Assembly (NCBI GenBank): GCA_038087875.1
Contig: CM075989.1
Location: 12,710,001 to 12,774,000, forward strand
Length of the DNA stretch: 64,000 nt
Direction: 5' to 3'
DNA from: Malacoraja senta
Taxonomy: Eukaryota
This document shows positions 1 through 12,179 of the stretch, in pieces. The position numbers and the translations under genes are program-made. The notes beneath the pieces were generated by a model that saw nothing but the letters and a program-made list of their open reading frames with translations, ran no database searches and was not told the DNA's origin. Position 1 is the stretch's first letter. The number at the start of each line of letters is the position of its first letter.

Positions 1-1070
1 GAGAAACTCAGCGGGTGCAGCAGCATCTATGGAGCGAAGGAAATAGGTAACGTTTCGGGCCGAAACCCTTCTTCAGACTGATAGGGGGGGGGGGGGGAGA
101 AGAAAGGAAAAAAGGAAAAAGGCGGAGGAGGAGCCCGAGGGCTGGGGGAGGGGAGGAGACAACCAGATGGCTGATGAAGGGGAGGGGACAGCAAGGGCTA
201 GCAGAATTGGGAGAATTCAATGTTCAAGCCCCCAGGATGTAGACTGCTCAAGCGGAATATGAGGTGCATTTCCTCCAATTTACGGTGTTGCTCGCTGTGG
301 CCATGGAGGAGACCCAGGACAGAGAGGTCAGATACGGAATGGGAGGGGGAGTTGAAGTGCTGAGCCACCGGGAGGTCAGGTTGGTTATTACGGACCGACC
401 GGAGGTGTTCGGCGAAACGATCGCCAAGCCTCCGCTTGGTCTCACCGATGTAGATCAGCTGGCATCTAGAGCAGCGGATTCAATAGATGAGGTTGGAGGA
501 GATGCAGGTGAACCTCTGTCGCACCTGGAACGACTGCTTGGGTCCTTGAATGGAGTAGAGGGGGGAGGTGAAGGGATAAGTGTTGCATCTCTTGCGGTTG
601 CAAGGGAAAGTACCAGGGGAGGGGGTGGTATGGGAGGGAAGGGAAGAATTGACAAGGGAGTTACGGAGGGAGCGGTCTTTGCAGAAGGCAGACATGGGGG
701 GAGATGGGAAGATGTGGCGAGTGGTGGGGTCACGTTGGATGTGGCGAAACTGACGGAGGATCACTTGTTGTATGTGACGGCTGGTGGGGTGAAAGGTGAG
801 GACTAGGGGGACTCTGCCCTTGTTGTGAGTGGGGGGATGGGGAGAGAGAGCAGTGTTGCGGGGTATGGCAGAGACCCTGGTGCGAGCCTCATCTATGGTG
901 GAGGAGGGGAACCCCCGTTCCCTGAAGAATGAGGACATTTCAGATGCCCTGGTGTGGAACGCCTCATCCTGGAGCAGATGCGGCGTAGACGGAGGAATTG
1001 GGAGTGGGGGTGGAGTCCTTACAGGAAGCAGGGTGGGAAGAAGTGTAGTCCGGATAGCCATGGGTGTCGG
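1..1070 (-). mobile_element. Penelope-like retroelement, 3' part (RT thumb/linker, GIY-YIG endonuclease, terminal repeat with hammerhead-like core)
   Basis: ORF 480-1061 (RVPLVLTFHP...PCNRKRC...QRFTCISSNLIY) continues into CIRCSRCQLIYIGET, a GIY-YIG motif. Frameshifted and highly similar to the copy at 10275-11846. Confidence 0.85.
44..82 (-). ncRNA. Minimal type I hammerhead ribozyme-like motif in PLE terminal repeat
   Basis: AGT CTGAAGA A GGGT-TTCG-GCCC GAAA C GTT ACC. Confidence 0.6.
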
Positions 1071-1164
1071 TAGGTTTGTACATACAAATTGGCTGCAAAT
1101 TCAGTTCAAGAGGTCAAAGCATTCAGGAGAATTTGTGCCTGACTGTCTTTTCATCAACATCTGT

Positions 1165-1591
1165 CTCAGTGTTCTTGCATCTGAGGCAGATGTTTGTAGG
1201 TTCAATCCCATGCCAGGGACCTAAGCTCAATAACCTTGGCTGGCACTCTTTATTTAGTTTATTATGCTTTTGGAGGAGCAGTCTGGCATTAGGCTCTGTC
1301 GAGGGAGTACAGTACTGTTGGAGGAACAGTACTGGGGAAATATAACATTGTTAGGAGGGCAAAGCTGAGAGAGGGCTGGAGTGAGAGAGGATTATACTGT
1401 CAGAGGACCAGTACTGAAGAAGTTATGTAATGTGAAATGGACAGTACTGAGTGAGTGCTGCATTGCTGTAGTGGCAGTGCTGAGGGAACTCGGCACAGTG
1501 GGAGGAACAGTGCTGAGGTAGTGCCAGCCCCACAAAATGACCACCGCTGCAGGACTGCCATAATGTCAGAGGGACAGTACTGAAGCAGCAC
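1165..1591 (+). repeat. tRNA-derived SINE head followed by a degenerate CAGTACTG(A)G tandem array
   Basis: B-box-like GGTTCAATCCC at about 1199; repeated GAGGG..CAGTACTGAG units. Confidence 0.5.
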
Positions 1592-2100
1592 TGCAGCCCA
1601 GTCTTGGCAACATCGTTTTGAATCTTTTCTGCACCTTCCTGTAGTGTGGCAACCAGATCTGTACTTCCAGGTGCGGTCTCACTAACGTTTTCCACAGCTG
1701 TAATATGACATCCCAATTGTGTACTTATTGTCCCATCTGATGAAGGCAAGCATGCCTTATGCCCTCTTTACCACATTGACTACCTGTGTTACCAACTTTA
1801 GGGAACTTGCACTAGTACCCCAGGTCTCTCAGCTCTGCAACACACCACACGGCCTGCTGTGTGGGGTAGCACAGCATGCAGTTGATAGATAAATAGCTGG
1901 TTTAACGTCCTAAAATGCATTACTTTGCAGTTGTCGGAGTTAAATTCCATCTGCTATTCCTTGCCCAGTTTCCCAGTTGAACTAGATTTTGTTGTAACCT
2001 CAGACAACCTTCTGCACTGTTCACCATACCACCACTTTTGCTGTGATCCACAAACTTGGTAAGCATGCTGCCTACATTCTCATCCAAATCATCAATATAT
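1592..2100 (-). mobile_element. CR1-type LINE RT fragment (continues at about 2815-3012)
   Basis: IYIDDLDENVGSMLTKFVD...; GKPCLTNVFEFFEEVTKRIDE. Confidence 0.75.
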
Positions 2101-2107
2101 ATGATAT

Positions 2108-2809
2108 ATGATGCGCGGTGTCCCGGGGAGCCGCACGCGTGGCCAGAGTGTCCCGGGAGCCGCACGCGTGGCCAGAGTGTCCCGGGGCGCCGTGGCACCA
2201 ACTGAAACACGACCCGGTAGGCCCGACTCGCCCCACAGGCCTCCCGGGAGACTGTGGAGAAGCCGGGTGGCGAGGCCTGCCTGGGCCGAAGAGCCTCGGC
2301 GGAGACGACGATGGGAGCCTCAGTGGTGGCAGCAGGTGCCTCGGTGACAGAGTATGAGCCTTGACGGCAACAGGAGCCCCGGCGATGGTGGGGTCTCGGT
2401 GGCAACGAGAGCCTCGGTGGCATCGGGGGCCTTGGCAGCAACAGGAGGAGGGGGGAGGGGAAGACAATGGGGTCCCAGCATGGGGGACTGCCGTGAAGAA
2501 CAATGGTGACCCGGCATGGGGGGCCCGCTGTGAGGGACAGTGGGAGAACAAAGGGGGACCCGGTGTGGGGGAGGGGGGTTTGGCACTCTAGTTTAGAATC
2601 CTTTGCCCAGGTGATAAGTCTGTGTTTGTTGTTTATTTGTTCCGGTGAAGGCGCAGTGCACACAGCAGCCAGCCAACAGTCGCTTATCTTTTTCTGTTGT
2701 TTTCACTTTTATTTTCAAGTTTTTCGTGTACCTTGTGTGTTGTGAATGTAGGCAGACCAATTTCCCTCCAGGGATGAATAAAGTTTTATCGTATCATATC
2801 GTATCGTAT
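2108..2809 (+). mobile_element. GC-rich insertion with LINE-like tail, interrupting a CR1 fragment
   Basis: Ends AATTTCCCTCCAGGGATGAATAAAG(TATCG)n; includes about 2.5 copies of a 29-bp repeat at 2117-2188. Confidence 0.55.
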
Positions 2810-3080
2810 AAATAAACCTGTCCTCATCAATCCTCTTGGTCACCTCTTCAAAAAATTCAAATACATTTGTGAGACAAGGTTTCCCATGCACAAATTCCTG
2901 CTGACTGTCCCCATTCATTTGTTACCTTTCTACATGCAGATCAATCCTGTCTCAGAAACCCCTTCAGTAGTTTTTGATCACTGTTAGGCTCATTGGTTTG
3001 TAGTTCGCTGGCTTGCAAATGTAAAAAGCCAAATTCAAAGCAGTCAGTAGGAAGTGAGTTGAAGAATTAATATACTAAGA

Positions 3081-3827
3081 CTAGACTAAAGTGGGACCCG
3101 TTGGGTCCCAGCATCACTGGTCCCCCAACGCAATATTCTACCTCTCCACCAATTCCAATATTGGTGGCCGGAGGGCAGGGGGTGGGGCTTTCTGGAGCGC
3201 TAGTATGGGTGTTGTGGGCTGAAGGGACTGGTTTCCAGAGGACTAGTATGGACATTGTGGGCTGAATGGATTCTTGGGCTGGCACCTCAGTCACTCAAGC
3301 CTGTTGTGCTGGCAGCTCACTCACTCATGGCTGGTGGGCTGGCAGTTGACTCACGGCTATTCCTTGAAATTCCATTACAAGCAGGGTGCAGGGCCACCAA
3401 ATTCAAGTGCAGTTTCTTACCACTTCAAGCAGGGTGCAAGGCCACCAAATTCAAGTGCAGTTTCATACCATTTCAAGCAGGGTGCAAGGCCACTAAAGAC
3501 AGCGAATCGTGACCTCTCCCTCCTCCATCTTGCAGTGACTGAGCCACGCCCACACTTCTGGGTTTTATAGCCCCTCCCCCTCCCACCAGAAGGGGTGTGG
3601 CCTTCATGGCGTGATTGACAGGATAGAGAATCTCAACGTTTTTAAAAACACTAATAACTCTTTTATTTTCATCAATGGGAAAAATCCTCGGCACCTGATG
3701 AGCAGAGGAGGACTCTGAGTAAGATGGCCAAAATCACAACCGTATGTGGTAGTGTTTTTTCAAAAATCAATATACAGAACAACAGGAAGTGGTCAAGATC
3801 AGACTTTTAGTAAAATAGATAGATAGA
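3081..3827 (-). mobile_element. Non-autonomous Helitron
   Basis: Minus strand starts TCTAT...TTTACTAAAAG and ends with hairpin GGGACCC-AAC-GGGTCCC then CTAG; sits between A and T with no TSD. Confidence 0.78.
3378..3497. repeat. 48-bp tandem repeat (about 2.5 copies) inside the Helitron
   Basis: CAAGCAGGGTGCA recurs at 3378, 3426 and 3474. Confidence 0.9.
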
Positions 3828-3991
3828 TAACAAAGCACCCAATTTGCAATTCTGCAAATCTTCAGGGTACTGAATAGAGGGAATCATCGATTTATGATTC
3901 TCCATGTCAATTTTCTCTTGCACAGTTCTTCCTACTCCCCACTGATACTAAAATTCATGTAAGCCACCCCAAGTACGATCTATACATGTTT

Positions 3992-4091
3992 AAGAAGGAA
4001 CTGCAGATGCTGGAAAATCGAAGGTAGACAAAAATGCTGGAGAAACTTAGCGGGTGAGTTTTACCCACTGAGTTTCTCCAGCATTTTTGTC
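3992..4091. mobile_element. Fold-back PLE-derived mini-insertion
   Basis: Inverted arms GTAGACAAAAATGCTGGAGAAACT / AGTTTCTCCAGCATTTTTGTCTAC; 18-bp flanking duplication TACGATCTATACATGTTT. Confidence 0.75.
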
Positions 4092-4284
4092 TACGATCTA
4101 TACATGTTTGTCTTATCAGGCTGAGGAACCATCCCCAGTTTCTCCAGCTGCTCTTTCCCCTCTGCCTGAGATCAGGAGCTTGGAATTGAAGTGTAACCAG
4201 TCCCTTCAATTGTGTTCCAGTGCTGCAATCTGCCACACAGAGTAAATCTGAAACACGGGCTGACTCAGGCTGTAGAATGCTATA

Positions 4285-4383
4285 GGGTCTGAAGAAGGGT
4301 CCTGACCCAAAACATCACCCATCCATTTTCTCCAGAGATGTCGCCTGAGCCGCTGAGTTACTCCAGCTATTTGTATCTATCTT
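4285..4383 (+). mobile_element. Short PLE terminal-repeat piece with decayed hammerhead core
   Basis: GGGT CTGAAGA A GGGTCCTGACCC AAAA CATC ACCC. Confidence 0.65.
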
Positions 4384-4395
4384 TTGCAAAATGTT

Positions 4396-4694
4396 ACATA
4401 GAAACATAGAAACATAGAAATTAGGTGCAGGAGTAGGCTATTCGGCCCTCGAGCCTGCACCGCCATTCAATATGATCATGGCTGATCATCCAACTCAGTA
4501 TCCCGTACCTGCCTTCTCTCCATACCCTCTGATCCCTTTAGCCACAAGGGCCACATCTAGCTCCCTCTTAAATATAGCCAATGAACTGGCCTCGACTACC
4601 CTCTGTGGCAGAGAGTTCCAGAGATTCACCACTCTCTGTGTGAAAAAAGTTCTTCTCATCTCGGTTTTAAAGGATTTCCCCCTTATCCTTAAGC
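4396..4694 (-). mobile_element. CR1/HER1-type LINE 3' end, cut by the assembly gap
   Basis: (CATAGAAA)n tail; homologous to 61972-62270. Confidence 0.8.
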
Positions 4695-4894
4695 NNNNNN
4701 NNNNNNNNNNNNNNNNNNNNNNNNNNNNNNNNNNNNNNNNNNNNNNNNNNNNNNNNNNNNNNNNNNNNNNNNNNNNNNNNNNNNNNNNNNNNNNNNNNNN
4801 NNNNNNNNNNNNNNNNNNNNNNNNNNNNNNNNNNNNNNNNNNNNNNNNNNNNNNNNNNNNNNNNNNNNNNNNNNNNNNNNNNNNNNNNNNNNNN
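4695..4894. other. Assembly gap (200 N)
   Basis: Run of N. Confidence 0.99.

Positions 4895-4981
<87 letters not shown>
4895..4981. repeat. (GA)n microsatellite
   Basis: Directly visible, abutting the gap. Confidence 0.97.
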
Positions 4982-4985
<4 letters not shown>

Positions 4986-7900
4986 GTGTGTGCAGATACC
5001 CTTGTTGGCACCTTTGTTGGTGGGGGGGAGATCCCCCAGTGCCTATCCGGGTTGTAGGTTGTGGGAGATCCCCTGGTATTTGCCCGGTTTGTTGGTTGGG
5101 GAAAGATCCCAGTGTCTGCCTGGTTTGTGGGTGGAAACAGATTCCCCAGAGTTGTTTTGGTTTGGGGGTGGAGATCCCTTGTGGGTGGGCAGAGATCGCC
5201 TGTTGTTGGTCCGGTGTGCTGAGTTTATGAGGTAGGGCCCAGTTTTTCTCTGTTTTGGGGTGAGGGAAGAGACCAGTGTCTACCTGGTTTCTCTGTGCTT
5301 GGCCTCCTTGTGGGCAGGGATTAAGAGTGTCTCAGTACTTCCCATTTTTTAGGAGGATAGAAAACTTAATGTTTGCTGTGTTTTAAGGGAATGCCATTGG
5401 CCTATTATGCAGTTTTGGGGTGAGGCAACATTTGTTCTGGTTTACAGCTCGATGTGTTCACAGGATTGGAGAGGATTGTCGAGTGCTGTGTGGCTTGTTT
5501 CTGAGTGTGTGTGGAACATGGTTGTTCTCTCTTTGCCAGAGGACTGTTATTCCTTGCATGTTTGGTGTGGGTTAGGGTCTTGGGTTGGTCCGTGCAAATG
5601 CTTGCTGCCTGTTGGGTGGGGATGGAAGTGGGCCTGCCCTGCTCCTAGGAAGGTGGTTGTGGTTGTTTCTGTTGCCATGAGGAAATATGTTGCTGTTTGT
5701 TGTGGGTATGGAACAGGATCCCTTTGGAGATTGTATTCAATACTTAGTTAGAGTTTCTGGAGAGTATTCTATCCTTGGGCTAGTAGCGGGATAAATTATA
5801 GATGACAGTATTTATTATTTAACATATCTTGAGCTGTTATCAACAGAGTGGAAACTCCATAGTAACAAATGAAATGCTAGTTGAATGAGGTTATGATGAA
5901 AATAAATATTTTTAATTGGCGACTTGTTTCTAATTCCAGCCCAAAACGTGTTTAAAGACTGAGGGATAGTTTTATGTGTATCTACTCGTCTTTGAATCAT
6001 GCTCCATTTATGATTGAACTAGATTTTCACTGGTTAGAATTTATGTTTCATATTAGTTAAACAAAGCATTGTAGATTCTATTTGAGGAATCACTTGCCAC
6101 ACAGTAACTGTGGTCTTGTACAGAATATGTATAAGAGATTCATTTGGCATATGTAAAGGTAACAAGAACATGTATTGATTGTGACAATCGTAAACATTGT
6201 TGGAAATGTATTCAGTTATAACACTTACATAGAGAAGTTCCTGCAGAAATTAGATGTGTCACATTAATGTGATTTTTAGAAGTCCAGATTCGTTCAGTCA
6301 TTTCTGCATGCATTTGTCAACATGGATTTTCTTAGGGTCCCATGGGGATTTAACATTGGCTCCATAGATCTTCATTTTGATATTGCCAGTTGGGATGTCA
6401 CCAGGAAAGCACTTTAGCTCAAACATAAACACAATTTTTTACAAAGTACTGTATGTTGACGTTGTGTGGGAGCAAATGTCAATCTTGTTGTATGAAACAA
6501 TGTTCTGCTGGAATAAATGGAAAGAAAGAAATGCTATTAATTGTCATGTAAATGGGGTTAGGAATTGTTTGTGGAGAGAAAGATAGAGTTAACATTTTGG
6601 GTCAGTGAATTCTCAACAGTTCTGGTGAATTGTTTAGCCTAGATTATTAACTCTGTCTTTATCCAGAGATGTTGTCTGACTTGCTGAGTACTCGCAATGT
6701 TTTCTGATTTTGCATCAAGTTTCAAGGATTTGTAGTCTTTTTCTTTGCTTTAGGAATTACACATTTTTAAATAGTCTAAATCAATCACTTTAAAATCTAA
6801 GTAGGGGAAATGTTCAGTGTTTTTCAATGGAGTTGAAGTTCATTCAGTTTAAATAATATGAGATTTGTTCACGAAAGGAGCATTGTATTGTGTACTCAAA
6901 GCATGTGATTGTTATGGTTGGGAAAAAGAACTTCTTGTTGCAGTGCAAGGTTGAGAATTTTGATTTTCATAAGGTATACATTTGAATTGCCTGATTCAGT
7001 GGATAACAAGTTACAAATTTGGATACTACTCTTGCTGTTAACAGCAAGCTGTGTAAAGTCCTAGTGACTGGTCTAATGTATAAACCATAACCATTGAATC
7101 AAGAATTGAAAGCTTCATTTAAAAACCTGGCTTCACTTTTCTTGTATCATGCCTGCTAATTGGCAGATGGTTAAGAAAACCCAAATCCCGACACTGCTGC
7201 ATGTTTTTTTTGTTTCAAAGTGGAATATTGTTAAAAGAATTATTGCAGAATTCCATTGCACCTTATTTTCTGTAAAGGAAACTTTAAGCAGTTTAAAATC
7301 TGTCGCTTCCATATTGGGCTATTTATCCAAAGATGCTGTATACTGTTCAATGGTTGTTAGCTAATTTGCCTACTATGGAGGATTAAACCTTGAAGTTGGC
7401 TCACATTTATGTCTTAGACACTTACAGCGTAAATTGGGAAACAACTAGGATTCCACACTCATAACACCATCCATAAATAATCTCCCGTTGTAAAGAGCTT
7501 TTGTGTTTCTGCGTTGATATGTAAAATAACTGGAATTTGGATATGATGACAATTTTGTAGTTGTGTAGTTGAGATAATTGGGCAAGATATTTTAATACTC
7601 CCCATGTGTTGTATTCTATGATTTCACCACTTCAGGAATAAAATGGGGTAATCTTTGAAGAATTAAATATTCTCAAATTAAGTTTCTGCATAAACTTTAC
7701 AGCTATGTGGTCAATACCATAAATGTGAAAAATGTACCTGGCTGATGCATAAGTTTGTAATTCTGAAACAAACAATGAATTAAATTGAACGCTGAGTTAT
7801 GTTCACTATTGTTGATCGGTTATGCCTCTCTCTGTTCGTAAACAGTATTTCCTAAGACGCTTCAATTCTATTGCATTACTTCCCAGTGGAGTTTTAATTT

Positions 7901-8573
7901 AGTTTTAGTTCCCGTATGAGTGCAAAATTGCTGGAGGAGAGCCAGATAAGCAGGTGTTCAATTCCCTGTGCTAGCTTGTGATTGGTTTCCAGGTGGTGTG
8001 ATTGATAATTTACCTGACTTTTTGTCTCTGTTTATGTTGCTCTATCTTAGGAAACTTTCTGCCATACTACTAAACTTTCACGAGCTCTGGAAACCTCTCC
8101 ATTCCAATCATGTGATCGTTTTCGCAAGAGTATAGCAACATTAAAAGCACTGTGATTACGCTATGTTTTTAAGTTTAAAATTATAATTAAGCATCTGGAT
8201 ACTGTGAAGCTCTGAAATCACCTTTTATGGGGTTGTACGTTGTCTGCAGAAATAACAGCTCTGCCTTATTTGTATAGCCAGGTACCAATCAGAAAGCTCT
8301 ATTATAGAATGGTTACAGGTTTATGCTTGTTACAAAACTGATAACATTGGTTTAAGCCCAAGTGGAATTGGTTTTGAACTGCTTGGATTTGGCACTGCAC
8401 AGAGTGCAACTTTATTGCAAACTCAAACCTTGTTTGAGGGTTACCCAGCAGATCTGTGATTTTGGATAACTGAATGCCATCAAATAAAATGCCTATAATT
8501 AAGCCATTCAGCCCTCTCTGGCTTTGTTAATTATGCTCACTGTCATATTTCCTTTTGATATAGAAGCCATTTA

Positions 8574-9466
8574 GGCGGCGCGACTCATGTCGCAGCAGCC
8601 TCTGCAGTCCGTCTGTCTTTTTTTGTGTTTTTTTGTGTTTTTTTGTTGTTGTCTTGTTTGAGTGTAGTGTATAGTGTTTTTTTTTTTTTTAGCTGGGTAT
8701 GTGTGGGGGGTGGGTGGGTGGGGAAACTTTTAAATCTCTTCCCTGCACGGGAGACCCGACCTTTTCCTTGTCGGGTCTCCGTTGTCGTTGGGGCCTAGCA
8801 CCGTGGAGAGGCCTCCAACCGGAACGACCTGGGGCTCCAGTCGCGGAGCCTGCGGACTACTCACCATCGTGGAGCTGGCCGAGTTCGGAGCGTGGAGAGC
8901 TGTGGTGACGCGCGGCTGCTGCCCGACCTCGGAGATTCGGAAGCTCCAGCCGCAGGTCTGGTGGATGGTGACATCGGGAGCTCGCGGGTCCATGGTGGGA
9001 GACTGCTTTTCGGGGCTCCCGCAACGGCAACTTCTCCCGCCCGAGTTGCGGGGTTGAGGATGGCCTGGAACGGGGTCTAACATCGCCCGGCGTGGCTTTA
9101 AATGGCCGCTGGACTTGCTAGCGCTACCGGGGGCTCCAACATCAAGACCCGGAGCGCGGCCTTGCATCGCCCGGCGCGGCCTGAATGGGGGCTCCAACAT
9201 CAAGAGCCTTGATCAGCTCGATGCAGCAGTTTGACTGCTTGACTGCGGGAGAAGAATAAAGAACAGAGAACAGGGAAGAGATAAGACTTTTTGCCTTCCA
9301 TCACAGTGAGGAGGTGTTTGGAGATTCACTGTGATGGATGTTTGTGTGGAATTGTGTTAATTGTGTGTTTTGTTTTTTGTTTGCCGTTATGACTGCAGGA
9401 ACGAAATTTCGTTTGAACCTTGGTGTTTAAATGACAATAAATGGCATTGTATTGTATTGTATTGTA
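8574..9466 (+). mobile_element. GC-rich non-autonomous retroelement with Rex1/Babar- or L2-like 3' tail
   Basis: Ends CGAAATTTCGTT...AATGACAATAAA then (ATTGT)n; shares 5' motif and 3' hairpin with 19336-20035. Confidence 0.6.
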
Positions 9467-11352
9467 TTTGGTCCTTTGAGTCTCCATCATCTTATGGAGC
9501 AAATCCATCAATCACATTCCTCCACTTATTTCCCAATGACCTATTCCTTCTTTGTCCATCAACAACCACAGATTCTCCTATTAACCAAATACAAGGGATA
9601 ATTTTCAGTGGCCAATTAACCTGCCAACCAGCTTGTATTTTAGATGTGGAAAGAAATCAGAGTACCTGAAGGAAATACGTGGTTAGAGGGAAGAGCTCCA
9701 CATGGACCACACCTGAGATCATGATTGAACCAATGTCAGTGGGGGTGCGAGGTCACATCTCTAATTACCATAAATTTGTCCTGCCATAGCCCAGTAGCAT
9801 TTAACGCTTCATTTCAGAAATATTAGATTTTTCTTGATACAAAATTACTTGTTTTAAGCAGATTTCTGTGAATTCTGGCCCGTGAATACCCACGCTTCTG
9901 TATGGCTGGAAATAATGCTCAATTTGCGTTATAAGTTAGTATCAAAGCAGTTTTCATACACCATAGTGGGCTCATTTTATAGTGAACAGGACGTAATCTC
10001 AGGCAGACATAAGTTGTTTATTGAGGCTAGTGTCCAGCACTGTTCACTTTCGTAGCTGTGCTATTGACCAACAGGTATTTGGGGACAAAGAGCAAACAAG
10101 AGAAGTACAAATACATAAACATTTATTTCCCAAAACTACCCATTATAACATAAGAGTACTTTTTTTTACTGCAATCTTCATAGGAAAATGTGCTAAAACA
10201 TACCAAAATAGTTGAATCAATGAGCAAAAAAAGAAAAGAACTCAAAAATCAGTCACTCTACACCTCCATCCCCCACCACTACCTTCCATCCTGCACTCAA
10301 ATACACCTGGACCATTTCCGACATTTCCCTACCATTTCTAGACCTCACTATCTCCATCGCAGGTGATAGACTACTGACTGACATCCACTATAAACCACTG
10401 ACTCCCATGGTTATCTGGACTACACTTCTTCCCACCCTGCTTCCTGTAAGGACTCCATCCCCTACTCCCAATTCCTCCCTCTACGCCGCATCTGCACCCA
10501 GAATGAGGTGTTCCACACCAGGGCATCGGAGATGTCCCCATTCTTCAGGGAACGGGGGTTCCCCTCTTCTATTATAGATGAGGCTTTCACCAGGGCCTCT
10601 TCTATACCCCGTAACTCTGCTCTCACTCCACATCCCCCCACTCATAACAAGGGCAGAGACCCCCTTGTCCTCACCTTTCACCCTACCAGCCGTCACATAC
10701 AACAAATAATCCTCTGACATTTTTGCCACCTCCAACGGGATCCCACCACTGGCCACATCTTCCCATCTCCTCCCCTGTCTGCTTTCCGCAGAGACCGCTC
10801 CCTCCTCTGGTCAATTCATCCCTTCCCACCCAAACCATCCCCTCTCCTGGCACTTTCCCTTGCAACCGCAGGAAATGCTACCCTTGTCGCTTTAACTCCC
10901 CCCTTGACTTCATTCAAGGACCCAAGCAGTCTTTCCAGGTGCGGCAGAGGTTCACCTGCACCTCCTCCAACCTCATCTATTGCATCCGCTGCTCTAGGTG
11001 TCAGCTGCTCTACATCGGTGAGACCAAGCGTGGGCTTGGAAATCGCTTCGCCCAACACCTCTGCTCGGTTCGCAATAACCAACTTCATCTCCCGGTGGTT
11101 CAGCACTTCAATTCCACCTCCCATTCCGAATCCGACCTTTCTGCCCTGGGCCTCCTCCATGGCCAGAGTGAGGCCCACCGTAAATTGGAGAAGCAGCACC
11201 TCATATTTTGCTTGGGCAGTTTACACCCCAGCGGTATGAACATTGATTTCAGGCAGTCCCGGCTTTCTCCGCTCCTTCCCAGCTCTCCCTAAGCCCACTG
11301 TCTCCGCCTCTTCCTTTTTTCTTCCCGCCCCCACCCTCACATCAGTCTGAAG

Positions 11353-11751
11353 CAAAGATCCTATAGCGGAGCAAGATAGACCACTCCTTCTAAATGCAAT
11401 GGGCTGACGTGTAGTACGCAACGGAGCGGAACGTGGGCCTTTTTTTCATCCCTTTCAGTAACCCGACCTGACTCGCAGTGTAATCAACGTTATGGGGGAA
11501 CAGTTTGTGTTAATAAATTATAATTCTGAAAATGAGGAGCAGATTTTTACCAAAGAACTTTAATTTTTACGAGGATGTTTCCGTAACCGGTTTCCGTCTC
11601 CGCACTAGTATCTTTGCTCCGCTATGGGATCTTTGGTGCGGAGACGGAAGCCAGTTACGGAAATGGAGCCGAAAATTACCCATGAATCTGCCCATGACCG
11701 TACTACGTCTTTTTCGTCGAGTGATCTATCTTGTTTGCTATAGGATCTTTG
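11353..11751. mobile_element. Non-autonomous DNA transposon (hAT-like by 8-bp TSD), 399 bp
   Basis: TIR CAAAGATCCTATAGC...GCTATAGGATCTTTG; exact TSD GTCTGAAG at 11345-11352 and 11752-11759. Confidence 0.85.
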
Positions 11752-11788
11752 GTCTGAAGAAGGGTCTCGACCCGAAACGTTGCCTATT
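11752..11788 (+). ncRNA. Minimal hammerhead-like motif
   Basis: GT CTGAAGA A GGGT-CTCG-ACCC GAAA C GTT GCC. Confidence 0.58.
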
Positions 11789-12179
11789 TCCTTCGCTCCA
11801 TAGATGCTGCCTGACCCGCTGAGTTTCTCCAGCATTTTTGTCTACCAAGGTACTCAAAACAATCACTTTTATTCAAATGAATCGGACCAAAAGCAGTCAA
11901 GCTGCCTTGGTCCTCATGGCGTAATCCTTGTTTTTTAAAAAAAGTTTTCACAGATTCAGTGGTCTAGAAAACAATAAATGTAACACTCCAAGTGAAAAAG
12001 GGTAAAGGGGTTTTGCTCGGAGTAAAATTTGTTGTTAATCAGTCTGTTACTAAAGAAATCATAATACACTAAGAAATTCATAATGCAAGACAGCATAGTT
12101 TTATGTAAGAGATATTTTTAACAACATTTTGACATTTTAAAGTTCTTTGGTAATGCACAGTAACAAACAGGAAGGATAA

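Larger units (their letters stand above)
10275..11846 (+). mobile_element. Penelope-like retroelement, 5'-truncated (RT C-terminus, GIY-YIG EN, terminal repeat), interrupted by a MITE
   Basis: Reads KYTWTISDISLPFLDL...YLDYTSSHP, then NLIYCIRCSRCQLLYIGETKRGLGNRFAQH...GMNID; contains stops and frameshifts. Confidence 0.87.

Noticed and set aside
264-806. 180-aa + strand ORF, and similar ORFs at 10481-10756 and 10816-11199
   Set aside because: Antisense shadows of the Penelope-like ORF.
1920-2663. 247-aa Pro-rich ORF and overlapping ORFs
   Set aside because: Chance open frames in a GC-rich repeat fused to CR1 RT residues; no coherent protein.
4472-5230. ORF with (ER)n tract
   Set aside because: Artefact of reading through the N gap and the (GA)n microsatellite.
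8699-9203. CpG-rich block as DENND4A promoter or bacterial contamination
   Set aside because: It is the body of an interspersed repeat with a LINE-like tail and a relative at 19336.
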